A stretch of 64,000 nucleotides of DNA from Chrysemys picta bellii (taxonomy: Eukaryota): NCBI RefSeq assembly GCF_011386835.1, contig NC_088791.1, forward strand, positions 88,784,001 through 88,848,000. The letters are read 5' to 3'. The position numbers and the translations under genes were made by a program. The notes below the pieces were generated by a model, which was not told where the DNA came from, did no database searches, and worked only from the letters and a program-made list of their open reading frames with translations. Shown one piece after another: positions 1-12,203 of the stretch; position 1 is the stretch's first letter, and each line of letters starts with the position of its first letter.

Positions 1-412
1 CAGAGCATAAACATCCTTTTATAAGTATTTTAAAAGCCCTGCATGATTTTGTATGTGGCACTATTTCAGGAGAATTAAATGATTTTAGGAGGTAAAAGAC
101 ATTGTTAAGGGAGCCAATTCTTATTCTTGTTTTCAAAACTCAGGGACAAGTTTGTGTTATTTCCTTCTCTTCAAAATTAATTTACACTGAGGAAATCCAT
201 TCATATAACTAGTTTTATACTCTGACTTGGAGAAAACGCCCTAAAGAGTAATATTTCATGGTGAATGTAATTCTATTGACAACTGTACCATTTTCATTTG
301 TAAGTTTAAACAAGTTACCCAGTCCGGAGCTGTCTAGCGCTTCAGGATCCAAAGTTTATGGGCTCTTCTTTAACTCATCTTTATATTCTACAACTGAAAA
401 CTCTGTAGGCTG

Positions 413-580
413 AAAATACCTTGTTTCCCCTTTACCCAGCTAAGAAACTGAGCGATTTGGTAGCAGATATTACGAAAAAAAATTAACTTTTTGATTACAA
501 AGAAACACATGCGAGGCCTTTTGCAATGAAATTGGGCGGGATCTTTACCTCACCAATCAGACCTCAGTTCGTCTCTAAAA
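413..580 (+). promoter_or_regulatory. H1 promoter (distal element, H1 box, GC box, CCAAT, degenerate TATA)
   Basis: AAACACA at 503-509, GGGCGGG at 534-540, CCAAT near 552; TCTAAAAATA where the intact H1 at 19761 has TATATAAATA. Confidence 0.8.
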
Positions 581-645
581 ATACCAGGCATCTGATCTGC
601 TGCAGTTGTTTCTTTCTGTCCCAGGCCGTCAGATACTCAGCCAGT

Positions 646-1256
646 ATGTTGGAAACGGCACCTATTGCCTTTCCCCCGTCACTGCTCCTGGGGAGAAATC
701 CCTCGCCAAAAAACCGAAGAAGGCAGAAGGAGGCTCCAAAGCTCACAAACCCTCGGGTCCCAGCGTGACCGAGCTGATCACCAAGGCTGTGTCCGCTTCC
801 AAGGAGCGCAAAGGGCTCTCCTTGGCCGCTCTTAAGAAGGCTCTGGCCGCCGGCTGTATGTACGATGTAGAGAAAAGCAACAACCGCATCAAGCTGGGGC
901 TCAAGAGCCTGGTGAGCAAGGGCACCTTGGTGCAGACTAAAGGCACCGGCGCATCGGGCTCCTTCAAAGTCAGCAAAAAGCCTGATGTGACCAAGGAGAA
1001 GGCGCCGAAGAAAAAGCCTAAGAAACCTGCCAGCGCCGCCAAGAAACCCAAAAAGGCTGCGGCCGTGAAAAAGAGCCCGAAAAAAGCCAAGAAAGCAGCA
1101 GCTGCCACAGCCAAGAAAGCGGCCAAGAGCCCCCAAAAGCTTACAGCCGCTAAGCCCACGAAAGTACCTAAGAGCCCGGGTAAAGCCAAAGCGGTGAAGG
1201 CCAAGTCTGTGAAGCCAACTAAACTTAAAGCAGCAAAGGCGGCGCCCAAGAAGTGA
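646..1256 (+). pseudogene. H1: Histone H1, frameshifted (probable pseudogene)
   Basis: ATG at 646 reads MLETAPIA (cf. MSETAPVA). A 1-bp loss in the C-run near 673-677 shifts it out of the frame encoding the globular domain and Lys-rich tail (ORF 606..1256, TTG start). Extra codon in GCMYDVEK. Confidence 0.8.
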
Positions 1257-1302
1257 AACTGATTAAAGAGGAAAGGACTCTTCTCAGCCGAACAAACCCA
1301 AT

Positions 1303-1318
1303 GGCTCTTTTAAGAGGC
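1303..1318 (+). terminator. Histone 3' stem-loop, mutated
   Basis: GGCTCTTTTAAGAGGC: second base pair is G-G instead of G-C; HDE-like AAAGGAGCTG follows. Confidence 0.85.
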
Positions 1319-2001
1319 ACACATCCCTTCCCCAAAGGAGCTGAAACATCGGGATCACTTACTTAATAACCTAACCGTGTCTCCCTTGAAGGGCAGAAAC
1401 TCCCTTCTCACTTGGTAACAGAAGAGGACAGATACACGGCTCTGGGAAAGGGTATTTCTTAGTACGTTTCTTATCCTACCTCCTTCATATCAGCTTTAGT
1501 CCCGCGCTCTCGGAGAAAAATGCTAAAATGTTAGTGATCTATAGACAAAGGTCCCTTTTCTGACCTGGAAGGAGCGGGAATAGGGATCAGAGCCGCACTT
1601 TGCCGGGATTGGCCAGTGAGAACGCACACTGCCCCCCCCTCCCCATTTATAAACGAGATTAAGCGTCTCGTACAGGCGTCTTTATCTATTTTGGCAAGAA
1701 CATTTGAGAAGATCAGTGGCTACAAATTATTCCCCCCAGGAAATGTATTTGTTTTCCAATCAGATTTGTGGGCTATTTGGAACTCTACGCTCTTTTCAAT
1801 CGGTATCGAAGCAGTGGAGAGAGGAACGCTGGTCATTGTTATTACACTTTGGCTATAATATATTTTTCATATAGATTCTAATCCATTCCCCACTTTTATG
1901 ATACTTCTAAATTACTGTTTCCAAAGATGAATCGGGAATAAATAAAAATTCTGTTGTAGTTGTTTCACTCGTCTCAAAAAGTCAGATAATTTCAGCTCTT
2001 G

Positions 2002-2274
2002 CTTGTTAAACCCCTCGTCATTACGGTATGGCAAGCTACAAAGGGCGAGGAATGAGTCTGGCTTTCTTGTCTCGAGCAGCATTCCCAGCCAACTGGAGAA
2101 TCTCAGCGGTCAGATACTCCAGCACCGCAGCCATATAGACCCGGACTCCGGCATCTACTCGCTCAGCGTAATAACATTTCCGAAGCAGACAGTATGCACA
2201 GCCAACTGGAAACTGCAGCTAAGAGCCAGACTTTTAGCCCGCCCTTTACCTGACTACTTTCCTCGGCCCGACAT
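2002..2274 (-). pseudogene. H2A: Histone H2A pseudogene, 3'-truncated
   Basis: Reverse strand reads ATG TCG GGC CGA GGA AAG TAG (stop at codon 7), then indels; the [14 protein letters not shown] segment is recognisable; similarity ends near codon 95. Confidence 0.9.
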
Positions 2275-2307
2275 TATGACGCAAAAACTATTAAATGCGC
2301 CTCACTC

Positions 2308-2308
<1 letters not shown>

Positions 2309-2339
<31 letters not shown>
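2309..2339 (+). repeat. Poly(A) run
   Basis: About 31 consecutive A. Confidence 0.95.
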
Positions 2340-2342
<3 letters not shown>

Positions 2343-2387
2343 AGGGAGGGGGGCGGGAGGAATGACACTTTCACACATTCCTTTTAT

Positions 2388-2604
2388 CAGGGGGTAGCCG
2401 TGTTAGTCTGTATCTACAAAAACAACAAGGAGTCTGGTGGCACCTTAAAGACTAACAGATTTATTTGGGCATAAGCTTTCGTGAGTAAAAACCTCACTAG
2501 TTGGCTTGTTGCATCCGAAGAAGTGAGGTTTTTACTCACGAAAGCTTATGCCCAAATAAATCTGTTAGTCTTTAAGGTGCCACCAGACTCCTTGTTGTTT
2601 TTTT
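2388..2604. mobile_element. Penelope-like element terminal fragment arranged as a palindrome
   Basis: 81-bp perfect inverted arms (2418-2498 / 2522-2602); 15-bp target duplication ACACATTCCTTTTAT (2373-2387 / 2605-2619); same terminus as the GIY-YIG-bearing element at 12461-13822. Confidence 0.8.
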
Positions 2605-2744
2605 ACACATTCCTTTTATATCTCTTCTCTTTTTACAATAAAACGGTTTATGATAGGCTAAAAAGGTCACAGATCTGTCAACATCCCGTGGGGATGAGGA
2701 TCTAACTTCACCAATGATGAGGTAGGATGTGAAAGTTTATACGT

Positions 2745-2800
2745 CTAACAGCCAATAGTTAACCAAGAAAAGCAGTCCGCTAATTTGCATTACTAGTGGG
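2745..2800 (+). promoter_or_regulatory. Orphan H2B-type promoter remnant
   Basis: CCAATAGT followed by octamer ATTTGCAT (2783-2790), resembling the H2B promoter at 51420-51460; no TATA or H2B CDS follows. Confidence 0.65.
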
Positions 2801-3330
2801 GCGGGCGCCAGTATTCTCTTGTTTTTGCGGTTCAGCTAGAAAGAGAGGGTACTTTTAGGACACTCCGTCTCTAACGCAGGAACATAACTCATTTTAAACG
2901 TTCCATTTAAAGTGCAAGACACTCGAAATTTCAAAGCACCCTGCCTAAAAGATATTTTTATATGAATAATTACCTTATATAAAATATCGAAACTATGTTG
3001 ATTGCGTGCTTAACCACCGGTATTTAACGTTTGCCTCAGAAAGTTTCTCACGGGATCATTGATTAAAGGTGTTCTTCCTCCTTTATGTGGTTTATAAACT
3101 ATGCTTATAAACAAAAGCGCGCACACCCAAATGGATGGCGAATCTGTTTGTAAATCAAACAGGAAATCCTAGGGAATAGTTTGGTACCGAATGCGTATTC
3201 AAAACCACTCCCCGCGACAGACTGCAGGGGCGTTTAGATAGCTCCTTTAACTGGTAAAATAGGACAGGTTGGGATTGGGCAATTTTTGCACAGCGAGACG
3301 TTTTCAAACGTACAAAAGGATTTATCACCG

Positions 3331-3420
3331 CCCAATCCTTGCAGAGCGCGGGCTTTTCAAATTTACGAAAGGGTTTAATCACCTCCCAGCTGCAAAAGGA
3401 GATATTGCTTATAACTCACC
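3331..3420 (+). promoter_or_regulatory. Orphan promoter-like module, copy
   Basis: CCAATCCTT..GCGGGCTTTTCAAA (3348-3361)..CTTATAACTCACC with no histone CDS downstream. Confidence 0.5.
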
Positions 3421-3844
3421 AACAATTTTGCTTCTCTGACTGTCCTGGCTTTTGTCACTTGGAGACTGAAGCCGATGTGCCACAGCCACAGACATCTTCC
3501 ATCCATTACACTACCAAATTGTGCCTTTTCCCGCGCACTCCCCTAAACGTGGATTATATAAAGAGACTATGCTTGGCTCCCGCACTAATCCCAGTTACCT
3601 AATTTGGAAAATGCAACTTCCAAATTGATTTCTGTAATTCAGTCTCAAAAGAATATTAGCCACTGTTATGAGGATTAAAGGTACCTCGACAATACGAATT
3701 TGTAGCTAGAGCAGCAAAGCCCTCAGTTACGATTATCTTTTTTTGGGGAGTGGATGACTGGTGCTGGGGTCAGGGAAACTGGCTAAAGAGACTGTGTCTG
3801 ATGCGCCCAGTCTGCCTCCAACTAAATGCTTTCTTACTCCAGAA

Positions 3845-4036
3845 CTCACCTCAACTGCTAGCAGAGCACCTCACCCTCCCTGATTGAACTAACCTCGTTA
3901 TCTCCATACTGATTTATACCTGCCTCTGGAGATTTCCATTACTTGCATCTGAAGAAGTGAGGTTCTTACCCACGAAAGCTTATGCTCCCAATACTTCTGT
4001 TAGTCTCAAAGGTGCCACAGGACCCTCTGTTGCTTT
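3845..4036 (+). mobile_element. 5'-truncated Penelope-like element 3' end
   Basis: Terminus GTTAGTCTCAAAGGTGCCACAGG..; 11-bp target duplication TTACTCCAGAA (3834-3844 / 4037-4047); hammerhead motif inside. Confidence 0.75.
3945..3985 (+). ncRNA. Minimal type I hammerhead ribozyme motif
   Basis: GCAT-CTGAAGA-A-GTGAG..CCCAC-GAAA-GCTT-ATGC: intact CUGANGA/GAAA core, stem I GCAU/AUGC, palindromic stem III AGCU. Confidence 0.7.
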
Positions 4037-4544
4037 TTACTCCAGAAAGTGTTTTGAGTCGCCCATCTCAGTAACAAAGACGTAATCCATTAAAATTTAT
4101 CTAAACACGTTTCAAATTAAGAATTAAATATCATAACAAACAACCCAAATTAGGTTTTTGTGTATTTTAAGTTTCAGCATTTCAGGTTTTCCCACGTGTG
4201 TAAAGAGAGCTGGTGAACACAACCACAGCTGCTTTTAGGTATATTTTAGTAGGCAGATTAATAGGAGCGTTTTGCTTCAAATATAGACTACAGCACCAGC
4301 AAACAAATGTAGTTTTCTTTTGAGAATGTAAAATAATTTAGGGTCTGGAGTAAAGGGTTTTTCCTTATGTTTAAGGAATTTTTAGAGCAACTCAATTTAT
4401 ACCGAAAGCCTAATTGAGGGATACTGGCTCCTACCATGAGAATGCCGAAAGGAAGTGGGTGGCAGCCATTAACGCAGTTATGAGCTGAAACGTCAGGGCT
4501 GCATTCTTCACAGTTTTGAAGGCCAAACATGATGAAAGATATTG

Positions 4545-4700
4545 TATTGTGACTTTCAAATCTATAAAAGACATAGTAGCTTGCGTTCTCAGTCACTAAC
4601 GGAACAGGACAATGGAAATGACCAATGCTCGGTGATTTAATGTAACAGCTTGCCTCTGCTCATGCCAGGTACCTGTTTTAGATCAAGCTGAAGATAAGTC
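4545..4700 (-). pseudogene. Possible very degenerate H4 remnant
   Basis: Reverse strand gives IFSLI*, AVT and FYRFES, loosely like ISGLIY, AVT, LYGFGG; position matches the H4 pseudogene at 25194 in the duplicated block. Confidence 0.3.
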
Positions 4701-5761
4701 TAAAGGGTTTGATGAAGACTATATATAGTTTCAGGCTAAGTGGACAGAGCATTTTGATATGAAGGACAGACTGGTTTTGAGCCAGTGAAATGGCTTGATG
4801 TAAGAAATACTTTTATCCAACTGAACTCACCGACATAGATTCAGAAGTCAGTAATACAGACAGGGGAAAGGGGAGACATTAGGAGCACCAGGACTACGAT
4901 TTTTTTAAATTAAACTGAAAAAAGAGTGAAGATTTTTCAATAGACTGATTTTTTGACGTTTTCATCATTTGACCAGATCCTTGCTACTTTGAAATGTTTA
5001 TTTCTCAGATTGTATTTTGGAGTATCCTGAAAGGGCATTAGAGAAAGACCACCCTCTCCCTTCCAGATTTTGTTGTCTCGTTAGTCTAGGAAAAAAGGAG
5101 GGAGAGGAAATTTCTAATATACACGAGTAAATATCACTCAGAGTCATCGGCAAGGACATATTCTACACTTCTAAATGCCTTCATCCCTCAGCCCCGATAG
5201 GAAAAGGAATTTTATTTTGTCTTTAAATCGCCTACAATTTCTACGAGTCCCTCCCTGTGTTCTCCCTTTGTCTCCTTGGACATGAAGCCACATCAGGGGG
5301 GAAAAATGAACCAAAACATCCCGTTTACACGTTATGGCTATTCTCACTTGGTTATGCCCCGAACGGGAGAATTCATAATGCTTACCTCCTACAATAACTT
5401 ATATCTTAAAATATTAGCCGCTGTTTTGAGTTTTAAGAATCTAAATAATACAGATTTCTAGACAGGTTAGAAGAGGGCTCAGCTATCCTCTACCGAGAAA
5501 CCCAGGATGTTCTGCTTGTTAGTCAGAAAGCTGGCTATCAGACTTGTGCTTAAGGAAACAAAGGTTGTCTAGCTAAATAACCTCTTAATACAAGTGCTTA
5601 GTCACCAACGCGTCAGTGAAATTATTCACATGATCTTCTATTTCATTTCCAATACATGCTTTAGCAAACAAGAACACTAAGACATGTAGTGTACATATCC
5701 TAAATATTACAAGCTAAATAAAGTAAAAAAGTAATACAACTCTTATTATGAAAATATGGGT

Positions 5762-5777
5762 GGCTCTTAAAAGAGCC
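5762..5777 (-). terminator. Histone 3' stem-loop (H4)
   Basis: Perfect GGCTCTTTTAAGAGCC followed by ACCCA and HDE-like AAGAGTTGT. Confidence 0.95.
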
Positions 5778-5816
5778 TTTGTTTGTTTGCTTTTAAAGGT
5801 AAATCAGAATGAAACC

Positions 5817-6239
<423 letters not shown>

Positions 6240-7310
6240 TTATTGTCCTTTTCCCTTCCTTCCTCCACTCGCCGCTCTCTTGATGTTGTTCGATTGAGAG
6301 GCAGGTTATTGACTCTCTTTTCTTTCTTTTTCGTCTTTCCCCGCACTCACCATTTTCTGTATACTGCTCCGTTTAGACTCCACAAATTTTCGATTTATAT
6401 TTCAATTATATTTTATACCGAGACACCTTATCTATTCCTACCTCTATTAATTCCTCTCTCTACTGAATCCCACATTTGTGGCAATGTCGGTCGCTCTCTG
6501 AATTGCTTGAAAGAAGAGTCTATTTCAAACTGCACTTTTCTTTTATCTTCTGTTATTGTCGGGTTTTTTTTTCTATCTGGAGGGTATTCAGATAACAGTG
6601 CTTCATATTTGTGGCTATTTTCTTTAGAAAATACTCCTCTGATTTTGAGTGATTTGAAATCTGCGGCAAAATCTGACCAATCAGGATTTCTGACAAATCA
6701 TCTTTCGCGGCCATTTTCCAAAGAGTACACTGGATTAATATGCTAAGTAGAGCCAGGCCCTCATACGCTATATCCGTATTTCTGTTTTTTGGTTTGTTTG
6801 TTTGTTTTGTTTAATTTCATTTGGAGGTATTTTTATTGTTGCTATTCTTTTTGCAGTACATGCAAAAGGATGTCTTCATTTGAATGACTGCAGAAATAAT
6901 CACTCAGAAAACCAGACTCCTTTCCCGTTCCAGAGAAAGGACTCACTCCTCTTCTTCATAGGCATAAATAATTGTTTTATGCTGGGAAGAGTTGAGTTTC
7001 TGAATTGCAAATCTAAAAACTGAGAAAAATACTTTGAAATTGCTATTGTCTATACACATGACAACACACATTGAATAAAATACAATTTAGCTATGAGTCT
7101 GCAGCTCTTCAGAAAGCATGGAAATGATCAGAAGGGGTTCTCAAAAACAGAATTATGCCACCTTTCCCCCTTTCTTATCCTCTATTGCCCTCTGATGGAA
7201 ATTCTTTTTCAATCTGCACAAGTTGCAAAAGATGTATAAAAATGGGTTTGTTGTTCAGTGCTTACTAATAATAAACAAACATCTATCATACAAGAAAATA
7301 ATGGTAATAA

Positions 7311-7499
7311 TTAATAATAATAAATACCAGAGAGACAAGCTGGATGATGTAATCTATTTTCTTTGACCAGCTTCTGTTGGTGAAAGAGACAAGCTTTCTC
7401 TGTGTAAGCTTGAAAGTTTGGCTCTTTCACCAATATAAGCTGGTACAATAAAAGACATTAAATCACCCACCTTGGCTCTCTAGTATTTATTATTATTAA
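7311..7499. mobile_element. Diverged palindromic repeat, probably Penelope-derived
   Basis: Imperfect inverted arms TTAATAATAATAAATACCAGAGAGACAAG.. / ..CTTGGCTCTCTAGTATTTATTATTATTAA with central GAAAG/AAGCTT hammerhead-like remnants. Confidence 0.55.
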
Positions 7500-8140
7500 G
7501 TGAAGAGGCAAGGGAGGAATAATAGAATGCAAAGAGCCTCTGGCATGGAGGAGAGATATGCTATGAGAGAATGTCAAGGGGGAAATGGGGCACACAGAAC
7601 CCCTGGTGATAGAGGAGATTGGGGATCCTGGTAGGGGATAGGGGCAAAGGGGAACACATAGAGCCCCTAGCATGAGGGAATGGTGGGGAAAAGTAAATGG
7701 GAAGGAGGTAATAATTGTTCACTTCATGCCCCCTCCCATGTGTGGAAAATGGGGGAGGGGAAATAGGCACAGAAAACTCTTTCAATGGAGTGGAAGGGAC
7801 TGGGAGATCTTGGTATGAATGGAGTGGGAAACGGGGAAATAAGGACACACACAGGGTGGGGATGGGAGACCCTGGAATGGGGTGGAAATGGGGTTGAGAG
7901 AAGGGGCACACAGAATCCGTGGCAGGAGGGAGATTGGGGAAACCTGTTATGAGGAAAGGAGAGTGTGTGTGGGGGGGAGAAAATGGGGGTGCACACAGAG
8001 TACCTTCCATTGTGGGGAAGAAATGGAAAATCCTGGAGTGGAGGGAGGAGGAAATGGAGGGAGGACACACGGAACCCCTGGTTACGGAGAGATTGTGGGA
8101 ACCCGTAGTTGCAGGGCTCCCTTAAAAAGAGGGGGATAGG
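7500..8140 (+). repeat. Purine/G-rich diverged tandem repeat
   Basis: Repeated variants of GGGGAAATGGGGCACACAGAACCC. Confidence 0.65.
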
Positions 8141-8959
8141 AGGAAAGTGATGAAATATGTGACCCTCTAGTTCACTTCTGTCAGTCTCATTGTAGGATTA
8201 CCTGTATTTGGAATATTAGTTTATTTCTACCACCACCAGATAGAAAGGAATATATATTGCCAGTAGAATCTCAGTTACACAAGATATGTTTGCTATATAT
8301 GAGGTCCAACTATTGGGAAATCTTTTTATTATCCATCATTTTGTTAGTTATTATCATCTCCCCCCCCCCTTCCCCTCAATATATTGAGGTAACATGTAGG
8401 GACCTTAATGAAATAAAGGCCTCATAATGCTAGGCACCATTAAAACAGATGGCAAGTGACAGACTAGGTTGTAAACATGTCTAAAATATAACCTGATACA
8501 ACTTGGAGACTGAACAAGGAAAAAACAAAACAAAAGGAACTAAAACAGTTTTATTTTATTTTTAATAAATACAGTGCAACCATTCAGTGTAATTAAACTT
8601 AATGTTTCCACTCAGGAAGTTACAAGTGTGAAACATGAGATAAATGTTTATACTGTATGAGCAGGGTGAAACCTTGTCATGGGTTCAATTAAGATCCCAT
8701 TGAGATTGGTAGATGTGAACTCATCCTTCAATTAACATAATTGTAAACATAAAATAGCAAATGAACAAAGAGAGGAAGACCTGTGGTGTGTCTGTATGTG
8801 GCTCATCCACATACAGGATGAGAACCTACTTCTACTGTTTCTCATTACTCAGCTCAGAGGTTTGTACTGTAGATCTAAAGTTCCCAACCCAGCTAATGAC
8901 CCACACAGTGGTCATAGTTCCACATGATGAATTTCTGTCTGCCTTTTTAAAACCATACG

Positions 8960-8990
<31 letters not shown>
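8960..8990 (+). repeat. (GATA)n microsatellite
   Basis: About 7.5 GATA units. Confidence 0.95.
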
Positions 8991-9518
8991 CAGATTAAAA
9001 TTAAAAGAGTGTTAAGGCTGCATTTTAGTTAGGTTTTTAACCCTGGTGTGATAATATATCTGTTTCTGTCTGTAGCTAGAGCGGATAGATTGCTAATACT
9101 AATTAAGTATCAAAACAGGAATGCCATCTCCAAAGCCAGCTATATTTGCATGGTTACATTCAACTCCGATACTGCCTCTACTAGATTATATCCTTAAGGA
9201 AACATAGGTCTCCATGAAGGCCTTGGATCCCAGTCATTAAAATAACAGAATGTATCTGATCATTACTTTGGAAGAATGTATAATACCATCTGGAGGAATA
9301 CATGCACATATATATCTGTATATATTTATTATATAGCTATATTATATACAATGGCATGCATATATACATCATATATTAATTGCACATTACACAGGAGGGA
9401 AACATTTATGTTAAAGGAAGTTAAGGTTACAAAGTCAAGCACTCAAAATTAGTAAATGACAGTACTGTTTGCCCATGAAACCCTAATTTGTTCCTTTTGT
9501 GTGCATTATTTATGATAC

Positions 9519-10568
9519 TGTGATGCTCTAGGATTGAAATATGACCATGTATATCATTGTTGCTACCAGTTAGACAATTGCAACAAAACTTGCATAAAGT
9601 ATATCATGTAAGGTGTCAATGGAAAGTTATGCTTAGCTAAATAAGATTATCATGTTTAAATCCATGTATCATCACTGCATCTGAAGTTATGAATATTGAC
9701 TATGTATCTATATCTTAAATGTGTTGTTCCTGGGGTAACACCCACAAGATAGTTTACATCCAGCCTAACCAGCACACTGTGAATGGACTATTCACGTTTA
9801 CATCCAGCTCCAGCCAGAATATGGGTAATTGCTGCCCTGTGAGTCAGCAAGCCATGTAAAGGCATGTTACTTGTTTATGTGACCCTGGACTCCATCTTGT
9901 GCCTATATCTTCCCACAAACTGAGACTGTGAGCTCTTTTTGAAAGAAAAAATCTCCAGGTGCATGGCAAAGGATATAAAAGACCCTGGAAACATCTCCAT
10001 CTTGCCTCTTTCCTGCTCTGGTTCTCTGGACTATGGATTTACAACTAAAAGAGACATTCTAATCTATGGAAGTTCTTTTGTAGTTACCAGAGTATGTAAC
10101 ATCACTGCTACAAACTTAATATAAGAATATTGAAATTATTGTATGTATATTATCTATTAACCATTTAAAGTCTCTTCTTCTTTTCTTTATAAATAAACCT
10201 TTATATTTTAATTACTAAAGGATTGGCAACAATGTGATTATTGGGTAAGATCTGAGTTATATGCTGACCTGATTATGTGTCTGATCTCTTGAGATCAGAA
10301 GAACCCTTTGTTTGATGAAGTTGTTTTTTAACAACCACTCATCATAAAGTCTAGTGTCTTGTTAGTGAAATAAAGTCTGGAATGCCTAAGGAGACTGCAT
10401 TTTTGACTTCTTGGTACCCAATGTGGAGAGACAGAAGATTTCTTTTGTTACTGGCTTGGTAAATCTAATGATAGAATAAGTACAAATTTGGGGTGAATCT
10501 GCCCTATTTCTCAGAAGTTTGTCCTGAAACTAGTACTCTCAGCTGTGACCCATTGAGGCACAGTGACA
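9519..10568 (+). mobile_element. Solo LTR
   Basis: TG..CA ends, 5-bp target duplication GATAC (9514-9518 / 10569-10573), TATA GATATAAAA near 9972, AATAAA near 10192. Confidence 0.75.
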
Positions 10569-11390
10569 GATACAGTATTCAATTCCTATCCACCTCCCCA
10601 CTCCCCCACTACATACAGGACCCCTACATCTTTCAGTGCACTTATGGTTGGTGTTCATGAATTAGAAGCTATTTCCCCCCTTCTTATTGTTAATTGTACG
10701 GCCTTAGCCCTTATATACTACACCTTATTCAAGACTTGTTCTGAATAGAAAATTATTAATTTCCTCATAGGCTTTTCTATGGAGGTCATCAGTATATTAT
10801 TTGATTGCTTCACCAAAAAATAATGAATTTATTTTAACAACACCCCTCTAACATGAGGAATGGTATCATACATATTTAATAGATGCGGCAAAAGTCACAA
10901 AGAAATTAAGATCAAATGTGTCCGCTAATTTTGGGTACACAATTTGAGACTCCTGATTTTTCAGATTGTTTAGCATTCTATATCACTTTATCTGTTCAAA
11001 GCACAGCTCTCAGGGACTTCAGTTGAAGCTGTGAGCTCTGCACTTCTGCAAATCACAACCCTGGTGTGACAAGTTGGACAATTAGAATATAAGGAGCATA
11101 TAATAAATGTGGGGAGAAAAAAACAAAAATTCTTTAAGTGATGTGCTAAGCATCCCATAGAAACTCTGTGGCAGAGTCAGGCATATAAGCTAGTTCTTCA
11201 GGTCAGCCTTCAACTGCATTATGGGCCTGCAGGAAGTCAGTGAAGCCTATCTGATGGTACTCTTTGAAGTCACCAGATTCTGTGCTATTAGCGCCAAGAG
11301 TGTTACCATATTCACAAGGACAGCCAATTAACCTGACTCCATCACCATATTCTGGTAACTAGAAAACTACTCCAAATGACACAATGGCTC

Positions 11391-12203
11391 ATAGATTCAT
11401 AGATTCATAGATTATAGGACTGGAAGGGACCTCGAGAGGTCATCGAGTCCAGTCCCCTGCCCGCATGGCAGGACCAAATACTGTCTAGACCATCCCTGAT
11501 AGACATTTATCTAACCTACTCTTAAATATCTCCAGAGACGGAGATTCCACAACCTCCCTAGGCAATTTGTTCCAGTGTTTAACCACCCTGACAGTTAGGA
11601 ACTTTTTCCTAATGTCCAACCTAGACCTCCCTTGCTGCAGTTTAAACCCATTGTTTCTGGTTCTATCCTTAGAGGCTAAGGTGAACAAGTTCTCTCCCTC
11701 CTCCTTATGACACCCTTTTAGATACCTGAAAACTGCTATCATGTCCCCTCTCAGTCTTCTCTTTTCCAAACTAAACAAACCCAATTCTTTCAGCCTTCCT
11801 TCATAGGTCATGTTCTCAAGACCTTTAATCATTTTTGTTGCTCTTCTTTGGACCCTTTCCAATTTCTCCACATCTTTTTTAAAATGCGGCGCCCAGAACT
11901 GGACACAATACTCCAGCTGAGGCCTAACCAGAGCAGAGTAGAGCGGAAGAATGACTTCTCGTGTCTTGCTCACAACACACCTGTTAATACATCCCAGAAT
12001 CATGTTTGCTTTTTTTGCAACAGCATCACACTGTTGACTCATATTTAGCTTGTGGTCCACTATAACCCCTAGATCCCTTTCTGCCGTACTCCTTCCTAGA
12101 CAGTCTTTTCCCATTCTGTATGTGTGAAATTGATTTTTCCTTCCTAAGTGGAGCACTTTGCATTTGTCTTTGTTAATGTCTTTGTTAATGTCTTTGTTGC
12201 ATT
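11391..12203 (-). mobile_element. CR1 LINE, 5'-truncated, young
   Basis: 3' tail of 8-bp (ATAGATTC)n repeats; uninterrupted ORF2 C-terminus; apparent TGGCTC duplication (11385-11390 / 12204-12209). Confidence 0.92.
11485..12170 (-). CDS. CR1 ORF2 (reverse transcriptase) C-terminal fragment
   Basis: [37 protein letters not shown] and [13 protein letters not shown] motifs typical of CR1 ORF2; no start (truncated). Confidence 0.85.

Noticed and set aside
564-1249. Long minus-strand ORFs (190 aa, 168 aa), and likewise 19733..20443 and 33618..34183
   Set aside because: Antisense shadows of Lys/Ala-rich H1 codons, which rarely produce stops on the other strand.
7458-8139. Several overlapping 60-169 aa ORFs
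   Set aside because: Products of G-rich low-complexity sequence with no recognisable motif.
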